NCBI GenBank assembly: GCA_013239625.1 | Contig: MU053216.1 | Span: forward strand, 744,001 to 808,000 | Direction: 5' to 3' | Length of the DNA: 64,000 bases | From: Lama guanicoe | Taxonomy: Eukaryota | In this document: one piece after another, positions 1 to 11,211 of the stretch | How the letters are laid out: every line of letters starts with the position of its first letter | Position numbering within the stretch: position 1 is the first letter of the stretch | Made by a program: the position numbers and the translations under genes | The notes under the pieces: generated by a model | Seen by the model: only the letters and a program-made list of their open reading frames with translations | Database searches by the model: none | Told to the model about the DNA's origin: nothing

Positions 1-399
1 ACCCCCCCAAATTTAAAATACGCTATACAGTGCTTTTAAGAGCAAAGGATGTTTTAAAATCAATCTTCAAAAAGTTAGGGAATCTCTTGTGCATTTAAAG
101 TTCGGTGCCATGTACGTTTATCACCAATTTTCAAACAAAGTAAGGTTAGGCGTCGTGGCTTTCCACAGTAGTTCTCTGACTGCTCCTAGAAACCCTCCCG
201 GCCAGGCTGAGCAGGGGTCCACGCGAACAAGGAAAACAGGAAAACGCACAGCGAAGGACAGGACTCACTGTCCATCGGACACACACGCGTCTGGCGTCAT
301 TCGCGCTCCCGTGGCGCCACAAGGCCCTCGGACACACATGCATCTGAAGAGCCAGCTGAGCCTGGGAGACGAGCCACAGCCCAGCACCCCAGGCCCGTC

Positions 400-540
400 C
401 CTCAGTAGCCGTGTCTGAGCAAGCCCGCCATCTCTGATCTTACCCTCCTCGTAAAGAATGAAACATACCTCACAGGGTTGCGACTTGGACTAAGTGAATC
501 ACTGTAAGTAAAACGCTCAGACTAGTGCCCGGTGGACCGC
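400..540 (+). mobile_element. MIR SINE fragment
   Basis: Decayed MIR core (atacctcacagggttg...aagtaaaacgctcagactagtgcccgg); boundaries approximate. Confidence 0.55.
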
Positions 541-679
541 AGGTGTCCTGTCGCCACAGTCGGAACCCAGCAGGCAAGAGAAGTGACAGCCCATGTGGCC
601 GGGGAGAAAGTCCGTCGCAGGCCAGGCAGAGCGGGACGCTCCTGCTGCGCCCTGCGGCTCTGGGTGTGTTCCTTCCCTT

Positions 680-1000
680 AACTTGCTTTTCTAAAATGCT
701 TCAAACACACAGAAACACTGAGAGCTCAGCACCGCGGGAGGACCCTACACGCTTTCCACCTAATTAACAGCCGCTGATCTTTCGTTCTGTTTGCGCAGAG
801 ACGTGCACTCACACACTAACACATGCAGAGAACATTTTCTTGAACGACTTGAAAACACGAAGTGGACAGCACTTCGCCACCAAGCGCTTCGGGGTGCACC
901 TCCTAAGAACAAGGGCACGGTCTCAAAACACCAGTATTATTCCTAAGGAAACTAACAGCAAGGTTTTAAATTTAATGTCCAGCCCGTATTCGAATCGGAA
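680..1000 (-). mobile_element. Old L1 (L1MC/L1ME-like) 3' fragment
   Basis: aaaatgcttcaaacacacagaa and cctcctaagaacaagggca resemble antisense old-L1 3' ends. Confidence 0.45.
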
Positions 1001-1449
1001 TGATTTCGGCTCTTAAGTGATGCACCTGGATCGCCGTGGGGCGGTGAGGGAAGGGCTGGAGGAACACAAGGCGAGTCGGGCAGTTACGGGGATAACCCAG
1101 AAGAAGAGCGCGGACAGCCTAAGCCAGGGCCGCGGCAAGACAGGAGGGACAACCAGAAGGGGACGCCACCCTGTCAGCCGACTTAACTCAATCAAAAAAA
1201 AAGACAGGGAGGGAACTGAGGCCTGCGCAGATTCACACACTCACGTACACGAGTCAGCGTACGAAACTGGCGGAGTGCAGCGGTGGGGACAGTGGGATGT
1301 GCAGGGCGACTCTCCGATTAGTGGTTTGGGTGATGCCTGAAGGGGGCAGAACTGCAGGAGAGAGAGGGTTACGTGGCTGGAAGCAGAGGCGTGGAGTTCG
1401 GAGGGAGGCGGAGACTAAGAGACACAGACTGACAAGCAGTTTTAAAGCC

Positions 1450-2146
1450 TAAACCGAGCTAATCATCGGCTCAGAAGGTTTGCAGGAGTCGCCATCAATA
1501 TACAAAAAATCAGCTGCATTTCTATATACTAGTAATGAATAATCTGAAAAAGAAGTTAAGAAAGCCATTCTATTTACAAGGGTATCAAAAATTAAATTCA
1601 ACAGAAGAAAAGCAAGATCTGCACACTGAAAACCACAGGACGCTGCTGACACACATCCAAGCGCACCCGGACGGGGGCCCGGCCACGGCCGCGGGGCAGG
1701 CAGCGGCCGCGCTAAGTACCGTTAGGTTGACAGCGCTCCCCAAGTTCACTCCCAGAGCCAGCACGATCCTGACCAAGATCCCAGCTGGCTTATTTGCAGA
1801 GACTGACGAGCTGACCCTAAAACTTACATGGAAAAACAAAGGGCAAGGGCACAGAGGAGCCAAAACTAGCTCGGAGAGGAACGAAGTTGGAGGGCCCACG
1901 TTCCTGACTTCAAAACCTGGGACAAAGCTACAGTGACCAGGGCAGGGAGGACCAGCCAAGGACAGACGTAAGGGTTAATGGAGTAAAGCTGCGAATCCAG
2001 AAATAAATGCAGATGTTTACGGTTCACTGATCTCCGACAAGAGTGCCATGATCAGCCAGTGGGGAAAACAGGCTTTTCAACAAATGGTGCTGGGACATCT
2101 GGACTGCCACTCATCGAAGAATGAAGGTGGGCCCCTACCTCACGCC
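1450..2146 (+). mobile_element. L1 ORF2 fragment (decayed)
   Basis: atcaatatacaaaaaatcagctgcatttctatatac and ttttcaacaaatggtgctggga; translation remnants IPAGLFAETDELTLKLTWKNK. Confidence 0.88.
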
Positions 2147-2639
2147 AGCCAGAGCAGCAGGAAGAGACCGAGACGGGATGCGGCTCACAAGGAAGGGGAG
2201 AGCCTGATGGAGAATCTGGAGAGGATTCTCCTTTTTCTCCTTCAAGATGAAAGAGCAGTTAGCAGCGTTATAACTGAGGAAGGAGCCAACGGAGGGTAAG
2301 AGGCTGAAGATGCAGAAAAGCAGCGTGTGTGTGTTGGGGGGCGAGGCGAGGACCCAGGGCATCAGGCGAGGGTCGCTCTTGGCCGGAGGGACCGCCCCAC
2401 AAGTCAGGACTGGTGAGCCACGCGGAGGGAGCTGGGGAGGCCAGTGGGGGCGGCTCTGGAGGCGCCTGCGTCTTGGCTGAGGAGGAGGTGAGCCTAGTTC
2501 GGCAGGAGGCGAGGCCACGGTGGGAGGCTGAGGATGGTTGACTCCGGATGGAAGGACAGTGAGCGGACCACCCGCCGAGCCAGCTGAGTGAGAGGGAGTG
2601 GTTGGCTGCGTCTGGTGGCCCCGTATCTCTTTCTCGCCC

Positions 2640-2900
2640 TTTTCCCTTCCCCCTGTACTGAGATGCCACTGACATACAGCACCATGTGCATCTAAGGCGC
2701 ACAGCATAATGACTTCCGGACGTCATGAAACGATGACCTCAGCACGTTCAGTGGACGTCTCTCGTCTCACAGACACAACATAAAAGAAAGGTTTTCCTCG
2801 TGATGAGAAAGCTCAGGGTTCACTCTCTGAACAGCCTTCACGGCAGTGTTCACTAGAGTCAGCGTGTTGAACGCGTGTCCTGGTGCCCCGTCTCATGACC
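2640..2900 (-). mobile_element. L1 3' end fragment
   Basis: actgacatacagcacc...aaggcgcacagcataatgac...ttttcctcgtgatgagaa is typical antisense L1MA-type 3' UTR. Confidence 0.6.
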
Positions 2901-3134
2901 GGAGTTCGTCCCTTGGGACCTTTCACCCCCAGACCACCCCTCGACTCCCTCTCGCAAAGCCTGCCTGGCAGTTAAGCCCAAGGCTAACCGGTCACGGAGC
3001 CCCAGAATCCACGCGATCTCTGCCTCCTCTGAAGAGGAGACTCATTCCCCTCGGAGAACTGGAGAGGATCAAGCGAGGTGACACGTGCGTCTGCACACCT
3101 GCTGACATTAAAGTGCAAAGTGCTGGTGTTTCTA

Positions 3135-3830
3135 GACTACTTCTTAGAGCAGCTTTAGGTTCACAGCAAATCCCAGCAGACGGGAGAGACGCCCCCTCTG
3201 CCCCCCGACCCCACACGTGCACAGCATCTCCCACCAGACGCGACGTTTGCTACAATCGACAGACCTGCAGGGACCGTCACCACCACCCAGGGCCCACGGT
3301 CACCCTGCGCTTCACTTCCGGGGGTTTGGACACAAGTCTGAGGACTCAGATCCACCGTGCCCGTGCCCTGCAGAACACTGTCACCGCCCCACAGACCCTC
3401 TGCGCGCTGCAGGTTCATCTCCAGGCCTGACAGCCGTGACCCTTCGTCCCCAGTCCTGTCCTTTCCAGAAGGTCACACAGTGGAGTCAGACAATACACAG
3501 CCTTTTCTGATGGCCTCCTGTCACTTGTGATGCACATCTAAGGCTCCCCAGTGTCTTTTCATAGCTCGAGAGCTCATTTCTCTTTAACGCTGAGTGATCT
3601 TTCACTGTCTGGCTACAGCACAGCTCGTTCATCTGTTCACCTACTGAAGGACATCTGGCCTGCGTCCAAGTCTTAGCAACTGTGAGTAAAGCTGCTGTAA
3701 AGGCCCATGTTTAGGTGTTCGTGGGGACATAAAATTTCAGCTCCTTTGGGTAAATACGCAGGCCACGGGGCGTGACTGCGGGGTCGTGTGGCAGGAGCAC
3801 CCCGGGTTCTGAAAGAATACGGAGCCAATG
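3135..3830 (-). mobile_element. L1MC-like 3' fragment
   Basis: ttagagcagctttaggttcacagcaaa...gttcacctactgaaggacatctgg...tttcagctcctttgggtaaata. Confidence 0.8.
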
Positions 3831-4051
3831 ACTGTCCTCGACGGCTCTTGGGCTCGAGTCTGCAGACCCAGGAGAGGACCCTCCCCTCCCTCGCCCCCTG
3901 GGGTGGCGGGGCCGTGCCCCGGCCCTCCGCCTTGGCCCGCACCTCCTAGAAGTCGGACACGGGGCCTGGCACATTCTGGGCACAGATGAAAACCTGCAAT
4001 CGCTGTCCTTCGCCCCCACTTCCGTTTTCAGTCTGCGGCTGGAGGGCCTAC

Positions 4052-4163
4052 CTCTGGGTGTGGCCTCCGAGGCACTGAGGGCTCCCTGGATGACCGCCTG
4101 GGCCTCAGAGTTCTTCTTCTTCAGAAAGTCAATGGTTTCTCGTAGGTCCAGCAGCTCGGTGTC
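4052..4163 (-). CDS. NAV1: NAV1 coding exon (DTELLDLRETIDFLKKKNSEAQAVIQGALSASEATPR), 112 nt
   Basis: Acceptor ttcctctctgag|GAC (GAG type) and donor GAG|gtaggc. Confidence 0.93.
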
Positions 4164-4395
4164 CTCAGAGAGGAAGGAAAGCAGGGTCACTGCAGGGACG
4201 GGGAGCACCTGCAGTGCGGCCGCAAGGGGCCCTGGGATCTTCAGACGGGACGGAGAAGGCAGGGAGCTGGGACAGCTGTGCCGTGCGGCAGCGGGGAGCT
4301 CGGGTGACGGGGCTGGGGGGGTGGCTACTGCTCAGGACCAGGCAGGTTAGCCTCGGCCCGTGCGTCCGGGACCCCTCCCACCCCTGGCCCCTCAC

Positions 4396-4479
4396 CTTCT
4401 CCTCGGCCGTCTCTGCCAGGTGTCGTAGGCGGGACGTCATGTTCACCAGGCTCTGCTCAAAAGCCGCCACGAGGTTAGC
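4396..4479 (-). CDS. NAV1: NAV1 coding exon (ANLVAAFEQSLVNMTSRLRHLAETAEEK), 84 nt
   Basis: Acceptor tttcag|GCT and donor AAG|gtgagg. Confidence 0.96.
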
Positions 4480-4974
4480 CTGAAACAAAAGGTCAGGAGA
4501 TGCCCGGCTGCCCGGGTTGGGGCCGGAGGGCACGGGAGCGGGAGGCTGTCGGAGATGACTGTCTGAGCTGACCAGGCCCAACCCCTCTTGGTGGTTTTTC
4601 CATGTTGCTCTTCCTGAGCAACAGGGTGGAATCAAACACCTTTCGGGCCTGAGAGAAACTTCTGGAATTTCCTTGAGTAAGGGAGTGGCCCAGACAGCAC
4701 CTGGGCAGGCAGGCCTGGGGAGGCGCTCAGAGACCGGGCAGCAGCGTCTGCAGAGCTGGGATGTCCCTCTGCTCTAAGGGGGCCACCAGCTCGGGGGCTA
4801 TCGTCCTGGGGCGACTCCTCCACGGCCAGACAGGCAGCCCCAGGGCCCCGTCACCTCCCAGTAGGAGCAGTTCGGGCCACCTCTCCCGGGCCTCCGTCCT
4901 GGCTGCCCTCCCCCTCACCCCGCTGTCCTGGGCTGCCTTTTCGGGGCTGGGGAAGCTGCTTGGGCGGCTACAGG

Positions 4975-5007
4975 GGCAGTTCCCAGCCTGGCCACTAGGG
5001 GTCGCCC
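4975..5007 (+). promoter_or_regulatory. Candidate CTCF site with upstream motif
   Basis: GGCAGTTCC-N5-TGGCCACTAGGGGTCGCCC resembles the CTCF upstream motif plus core consensus. Confidence 0.6.
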
Positions 5008-5740
5008 TGCACCGCGAGGTGCCAGGGGGCCTGGAGAGGTGGGGGGTGGGGCGGCTCTGGACCAGAGGGGAATCCCTCTGGGAGGAACAGCGGTCAGTGG
5101 GGAGCATCTGAGCAAACTGGGACCCAGCAGAGGGGACACACTCCACACACAGCTCCGGGTGTCTGCGACCCCCACTGCTTCGTCCCTGCTGGGGCCACTG
5201 CCCCGAGACAGGGCTGGGGGCATCGCTCGGGCCCAGGCCAGGGCTCCTTGCTGGCCGTGCAGGGAGCACCTGCCTCCTTGGCCTCAGGTCACCTCCTGTG
5301 TGTCACTGGTGAACAGACACGCCCTGGAGGGAGGCCCGAGACCCCTGGCCCCGTGAGGGCTTTTCTGTGCTGGCCTCCCCCCACCCCCGGGCCTCCCGTA
5401 ACCCCGGCCCCACTCGAGGGCCTGTGCGACCTCAGGCTAAGCACACAGCCGAGAGAGGCTGCGTGGGGGTTGGGTGGTCTGGGCCCTCCCTGCCCAGGGT
5501 GTGCCCCAGTGGGGGCCGCAGGGAGTCCCAGGGTCCTGAGGGGGGCAGCGAGCCTTCCAGAGTCCTGGCACCACGCCTCTTGCCTGAGGGCTGGGCTGCG
5601 ACCAGAGGGAAGCAGCCTCTGAAGTTCAGGACCGTGTTGTGACTGGGTGTCTAGTCTGTTCTCTCTTAGCCAAAGGGAACCTCCTGTTCTAAGAAAAATC
5701 ACCCTCTAAATTCACCTTCCTGGCTCTTACCCAGACCCGA

Positions 5741-5810
5741 CAGCACTGTGCTGACAGAGTGCGGTGTAGACGGATCAGCACGGTGACGACAGAGTGCAGT
5801 GTAGACGGAT
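5741..5810. repeat. 35-bp tandem duplication (2 copies, 4 mismatches)
   Basis: cagcactgtgctgacagagtgcggtgtagacggat followed by cagcacggtgacgacagagtgcagtgtagacggat. Confidence 0.9.
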
Positions 5811-6896
5811 CTCTTCCCCTTTTGTCCCCCCGCCACATCCCCTGGACACAGATCTCCTGATCTCCTGGGCTGTGGGACGGCCCCAGGCCCAGCCGCGGTG
5901 GGTAGGGCACAAGGCAGAGGAGAGGGGCTTCTTGCTTCTGTTAAGATTCTTTCGGTCCCCAGTTCCCCAGCTGTGGGGACAAGGGCTTGATGGGGCTTCT
6001 CACCGGCCGGGAAGCTCATGGCTGACCGACCAAGGTTTTGGGAAGAGACAGAGAACACCCAGAGACGGAGAGAGCTGCTGTTGAAATGCCCTGGCGGAGC
6101 CTCTTCCTCCTGCCCGACTTCAAGGGGAGCCCTGGGCCTGACAGCTGGGCTCCCTAGATGGGAAGAGCGGAAGAGGCGCCTGAAACGACCACGGAAGTCG
6201 CAGCCGCACTGCCTTTTGTGCAAACACTTGGAAGCCCTGCAGATCCGGCTCAGCTGGTGTTTACAGCCTGGGGGAGAATGGCTCCCATGTTCTCCGTCTG
6301 CAGCTTGGCCCCAGGGGAGAGGCCACCGCCCAGTCCGGGAAGCACCTCTTTTCTTTCCGCCTCATGGGTGGAGAAACCCAAGCTGAGGGGCTGTGCTCGG
6401 ACAGGCCGAGGGCCTCCGCCTATAGCTCAAGGGTCCAAGGACACTGCTGAGAAAAGAGCCTCCAAGAACCAGGCTGGGGTCTCAGTGTCACGTCCCAGCC
6501 GGGCCTGTCGCTAGCTCTGCACTGCCCAGTCCAGTGACGGACGCGCCCAGGGCAGAGGCAGAGGGTTCCCGGATGGATGACTGTGACCCGTGACTCCTCC
6601 CGCCCACGGCCGAGGTGAGGTTGTTCCCACCTCCACTGAGCACCTCCCACTGACAATCTTTTCTTCTTTCTCCAGGGACTTCAAAGACCAGCAGACGTGA
6701 ACGCCTTCACACCCATTCGCCAGGGCGGGGGCAAAAGCGGTTCTTTACAGACACCCAGACTCAGAGGGGGAGAAGGCCTGTCCCCACGTCGAGGCCCACA
6801 GGACAGACAGCTCATGAGGCAGCTCCCTGCTGCGGGAACACATCTAACTTAGGGCCAGACAACCAGCTGGCCCGTCCCCGACTCGCCGGGACTCAC

Positions 6897-6974
6897 GTTG
6901 GCGGAAAGCTGGGACGTCAAGGTGGCCACTTTTTCCTGGGATGATTCCAGTTCCCTTCGGAGCTTCCGGATTTG
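6897..6974 (-). CDS. NAV1: NAV1 coding exon (QIRKLRRELESSQEKVATLTSQLSAN), 78 nt, coiled coil
   Basis: Acceptor ccacag|CAA and donor AAC|gtgagt. Confidence 0.96.
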
Positions 6975-7084
6975 CTGTGGAGGAAGAGAGACAGCAACTG
7001 ATGGTGGCAGCAGACGTGGTTAAGGTCGGGAAGGAGACGGGGCGCGGTGGTGTTAACAAGCGGGACGAGGGCTCGGCACCCTAC

Positions 7085-7108
7085 CTCAGACTGCATCCTC
7101 TCCTCAGC
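7085..7108 (-). CDS. NAV1: NAV1 24-nt microexon (AEERMQSE)
   Basis: ttctgcag|GCTGAGGAGAGGATGCAGTCTGAG|gtaggg; symmetric phase 0. Confidence 0.94.
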
Positions 7109-7778
7109 CTGCAGAAGGGAGCACGGGAGGAGAGAGAGAGAGGAGGCGGTTACTCCGGGGGTGGAGGGTGGGCAGAGGACTCGAGGAAGCGTGACCAGAG
7201 GCGCGAAGAGGCTGCAACCCTGTCTCCGGCCCTGGCTGCTCGCGGGTGGCTCAGACCCCACGCCACGCTCTAATAAAAGACTTCTCCTGAGCCTGTCTCC
7301 AGCCAGCTTTGTCATCGCCAAGAAGGCTGGGCAGTGGGACCTCCGCTGACCTGGAGACCGACCCTTACGGCCACCGATCTGGAGCGAAGCACTGGGGGCA
7401 GAGTGAGCCCAAGAACCAACCGACACTGAACAGCCCAAGGAGGGGACGCTCGCGCGCTGCTAGGTTCCGAGGCCCTGGGAAGCCACCCTCTCACCCTGCT
7501 GTGGGCGCTGCCCGCGCCCCAAGCACAGAGCACCTCTCCAACACAGGGTCCAACATGCGTTCTTCAGAGGAGGGGCACAGAAGGCAGCAGAGCTGCTCGG
7601 GAACTGGCGGCGAGGCCAGAAAGACCCCTCACTGAGGGTGCCAGGCGTCCCCACCCCACCCCGATCCGGGCGTGGCCGAGACAGCTGCGCCTGCCCCTGC
7701 CCAGCCCTCACCCCCGGGGGGCTCTGGGCGCAGCTGGGGGGGGGTGTGCAGCGGGGAGGGAGGGGGTAGTGTTCTTAC

Positions 7779-7801
7779 TGAGGAGTAAGTGGAGGAATGA
7801 A
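7779..7801 (-). CDS. NAV1: NAV1 23-nt exon (V-HSSTYSS), apparently shortened by 30 nt
   Basis: ttctcttgcag|TT CAT TCC TCC ACT TAC TCC TCA|gtaaga. Phase 1 to 0 bridges the flanking exons exactly. Confidence 0.88.
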
Positions 7802-8794
7802 CTGCAAGAGAAGCAGAACACGGAGTTAACGGGGGGGCTCAGAGACGGGGAGGGGGTCGGGAGTTTGGATTCTGACAGCAGGGCACCTGGAACAAACAGA
7901 ACAGAACATGCACTCAGCTGGATCACAGCCTGGGCGGGGCTGTCAGCGGAGGACCGAGGGCTGAGGCCGGGGCAGAGCCGGCCTGCAGAGCCGGCCTCCT
8001 CCTGCGGCCCAGCGGGACCCCCGGCAGCCCGCTCCTCTGAGGGCAGGCGAGGGCGCGAGGGCTAGGGGAGGGAGAAGAGGTGCTCGCGGACAGGTGCTGC
8101 CTCCTCCTCCCGGGCAGGAAGGGCGGTTTCTCATCAGAGCTGCTCAGAACACACCTACAGTTGTGCCCGAGGGTCCTCTTCCTGGTGGGGCCACTCGGGT
8201 GGAGGAAGACCCACGTGCAAGACACCCCTCCCGATCACTCAGGAGCCAGAACCACAGCCCTGCGTCGAGAGCGAGCCCGTCTGCGAGGAATGGCTCCAGG
8301 GACGGGTCCTGAACACCTCGGGGGTGGAGCCCCCAGCACGCCGGCTCTGCCAGCTCCGACCGCAAACACCCAGACCACCGAAGCCCAGAGCGCCGCCCTG
8401 AAGCTGGTCTCTGGAACGTTCTTGAAAGAGGAGTGAGATGCCTAACTCTGCAAAGATTTGAGCTGCCTCTGTGTCCCTGTGAGTTTCGTGTCCCCTGAAG
8501 GGCCAGGAGGGCAGGAGCCTTCTGAGACTCTGGGGCCACGGAACCTTCCGGCTGTTCCCTGCCCCCTCCAGGAGCTGCTCCACCCCAAAGCCCCAGTGCT
8601 CGACGGTGCCACCCAAGGTTTCTGGGCCCCTAGACCATTCGAAGTGATGGGAAGAAAGAGCTGAAATGGCCCGACTGGATGTCCTGGGAATCACACATGT
8701 GCGTAAACGTGGCGGTGGTGGTGGTGGAGGTGGGGGCGGAGAGGGGCCCAGCAGAGCCGGAATGAGCGTGAACCGCGCTGGCATGAAGTCTCAC

Positions 8795-8965
8795 CGTCGT
8801 CCGTGGGGTCTCGGAAGGATCCTGACCGAATCATCCCCTTGGGTCTGTCGGCCAGGGACAGGGTGCTCCCCATTTGGGAGCCGCTGTACAGCTCGAAGGC
8901 GGCCTCGTGGGTGGGGATGCTGTTGGAGCGGGTGATTCTTGGCGCGGTGGCCGCAGTGGGGCTCA
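8795..8965 (-). CDS. NAV1: NAV1 coding exon (VSPTAATAPRITRSNSIP...SFRDPTDD), 171 nt
   Basis: Acceptor ttccag|TG and donor ACG|gtgaga; matches ORF 8691..8966. Confidence 0.96.
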
Positions 8966-10479
8966 CTGGAAGGACAGAGGGAGGGGACAGGAGAGGAAGG
9001 GAGGGCAGGAGAGAGGCAGGGGCATCAGCTCTGGTCCCTGGGGGGCACCAGGAGCCTGAGAGGTAAATGGGGGGTGGGGGGGCAGGAGTGTGCAGGCAGC
9101 TGCGGTCTGAGTGGTGGTCTGAGTGGGTCCCCTGGGAAAGCGAGCCCTACTGGGGAGGCCCTGCGTCTGGAGCAGAGGACGAAGATCACGGCCTATTTGA
9201 AAGCCCTTCCCTTGGGCCTGCCTGCCCTGGAGATGTCACTTTTGAAGGTGAGGCTGGGGGCCTAGTGGCTTTCCAGAACCTTCAGATCCTTGGATGTGCC
9301 AATGGAGGTGGGGTGTCCTGGTTCCCTAACAAGCTGGCGGCCTGGGAGGCCTGAGAGTTGGCACCAAGACTCAGATCGGAGCAGCGATGGAAAGAGTCGG
9401 CAAGAGAAGGGGGATCAGGCGGGGCCCCGCAGGGAGAGCAGGGCCCCCCAACACGCACACCATCAGGGCTGATGCTCCAGCAGCAAGAGCCGGGCCCCGT
9501 GCCCTGTCCCCACTAGCTGGAAGGTCAGAGCCAGTCAGAGTGTCGGGAGGCTCCACAACCCTGCTGACTTGCAGAACCTGCCCCTGTGAACCCTGGCCAC
9601 TCAGCGTTCACGCCCATGTGGGTCACGCTCACAGGCCCCAGCTCCTGTCGTGGATGTGTCTCCACCAGGACCCAGGCAGAGGAAGGCCCCCACCTCCCTT
9701 GGGCCCTCTGCACGTGGACCCTCTGAGGTGATCGCGGGCCCAGCCCTCGTCCCAGTGTGGTCCTCCCCGGACACAGAGCTGACTCCCAGTTTTCTCAAAG
9801 TCCCCACAGTCGCCCCCTAGGCTGCTGCAGGCCCTCGTGCTTTCCTGTTTTCCTTCACTCAGCGAAAGAGGGGAGGGTTTAGAGACACAGCGAGGCAGCA
9901 GAGGCCCGGCCCGGCACAGTCCCACCAGGCCACGCAGCCTCGGGAGCCAGCGCTGCAGAACCAGGGCTACGAGCCTTGCACCTCTGCCCCTCCCATCTCT
10001 GAATCAGAGTGGCCTCCTTCCCCTGCTCCTGGGCCAGGAAGGGTGTGGCCAGGACAGCCTCACCCAGCTCTGCCTCCAGGGCTGGGATGGTCCCAGGGGC
10101 CAGAGCAGCTGGCGAATCATGGATTTCCTGGACCCAGAGGCATGGCCCATCCTTGCCATCAGCCGCCCTCCCCTTCCCCCCAGCGGCCCACATGGAGGGT
10201 CCAGGGTCCTGGGTCAGTGCTGGGAGGGGCGGCTCCTCTCTGGCTGCCCTGGCCTAAGCGCTGGGCCTCAGGTTACGGCTTTTCCACATCACCACGACGC
10301 AGACTCCCTGAGCTACGAGGACCCACAGCGTGTGCCCAGGGCCACCTCTCCACCATCTATCTCCCGCTGGATGGGTAAATGGAGGCACCGCGCACCAGCC
10401 AACACGGCGCAAATCAAGTTCGAGATGAAACCCGAGGGCCGGCTGCCTCCGCCGCGGTCTGGTGACCAGAAACACTGAC

Positions 10480-10628
10480 CTATGTTGGTGAGCTGGCCCT
10501 TGGCGCTCAGGGACGTGGAGAGTGCCGAGGGGGACGGCAGCTCGGACCGGTCGTCGGACTCGGGCAGCCCCCCGATGGTGTGGGAGTGGCGCCTCTCCTT
10601 GGCCTCCTCCTGGGACTGGAGCTGGTAC
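10480..10628 (-). CDS. NAV1: NAV1 coding exon (YQLQSQEEAKERRHSHTIGGL...GQLTNI), 149 nt
   Basis: Acceptor ctgcag|G and donor TAG|gtcagt; frame-consistent. Confidence 0.95.
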
Positions 10629-11169
10629 CTGCAGAGGCAGCCGAGAGCTCAGTCTAGGTGTCTACACTCGAGGCCAGAGGCTCTGACGGCAGGACAAGGC
10701 AGGCGGGGCAGACAGGCGGTGACCAGGCCCCCCTCAGGCCGTCAGGAGGTGTGGAGGGACTAGGTGTCCCCGCAGGGCTTCCCGAGGCGGGGTGAGAAGA
10801 TGGAGGAGGCTCTGTACGTGGCCGTCTGGGCAGCAGGTGTCACTGGACTGAGCACTCGGTGCTGCGGCCGTGGTGGGGAACTAGGGGTGACCTACTCCAG
10901 CCCACCTGAGCGACCCCAGAGCTGGGCCTGGGTGAGGGTGCAAGTCCCAAGTGCACACCCGCGCCTCCTTTGTCACCGAAAAAGAACGCCGGCTCTAAGC
11001 TGACTCACACGGAGGTGAGCCTGGGGAGGGGGTGTGCAGAACCACAGACAAATGACTCGGCTGGCAGGGTCACTAAATTCACGGTGGGGGCCTGGGTCAG
11101 GCCAAGTTACGTTTTTCATTCAGGGCAGGAGCCTCAGGTCTGGGAAGAAGGAACACATGTAAGGGTTAC

Positions 11170-11211
11170 CTGAGTCCTTTCTTGGGAAGAGTGTTCCGAT
11201 CTCGCTGATTA
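11170..11211 (-). CDS. NAV1: NAV1 42-nt exon (S-NQRDRNTLPKKGL-R)
   Basis: Long CT tract with ccacag|T acceptor and CAG|gtaacc donor. DRNTLPKKGLR is a motif of the navigator family. Confidence 0.95.

Noticed and set aside
724-745. REST/NRSE-like TCAGCACCGCGG
   Set aside because: The right half-site (GGACAG) is missing and it sits within a probable L1 relic.
5741-5810. CRISPR-like direct repeats
   Set aside because: Only two abutting copies with no spacer, in a mammalian intron; a simple tandem duplication.
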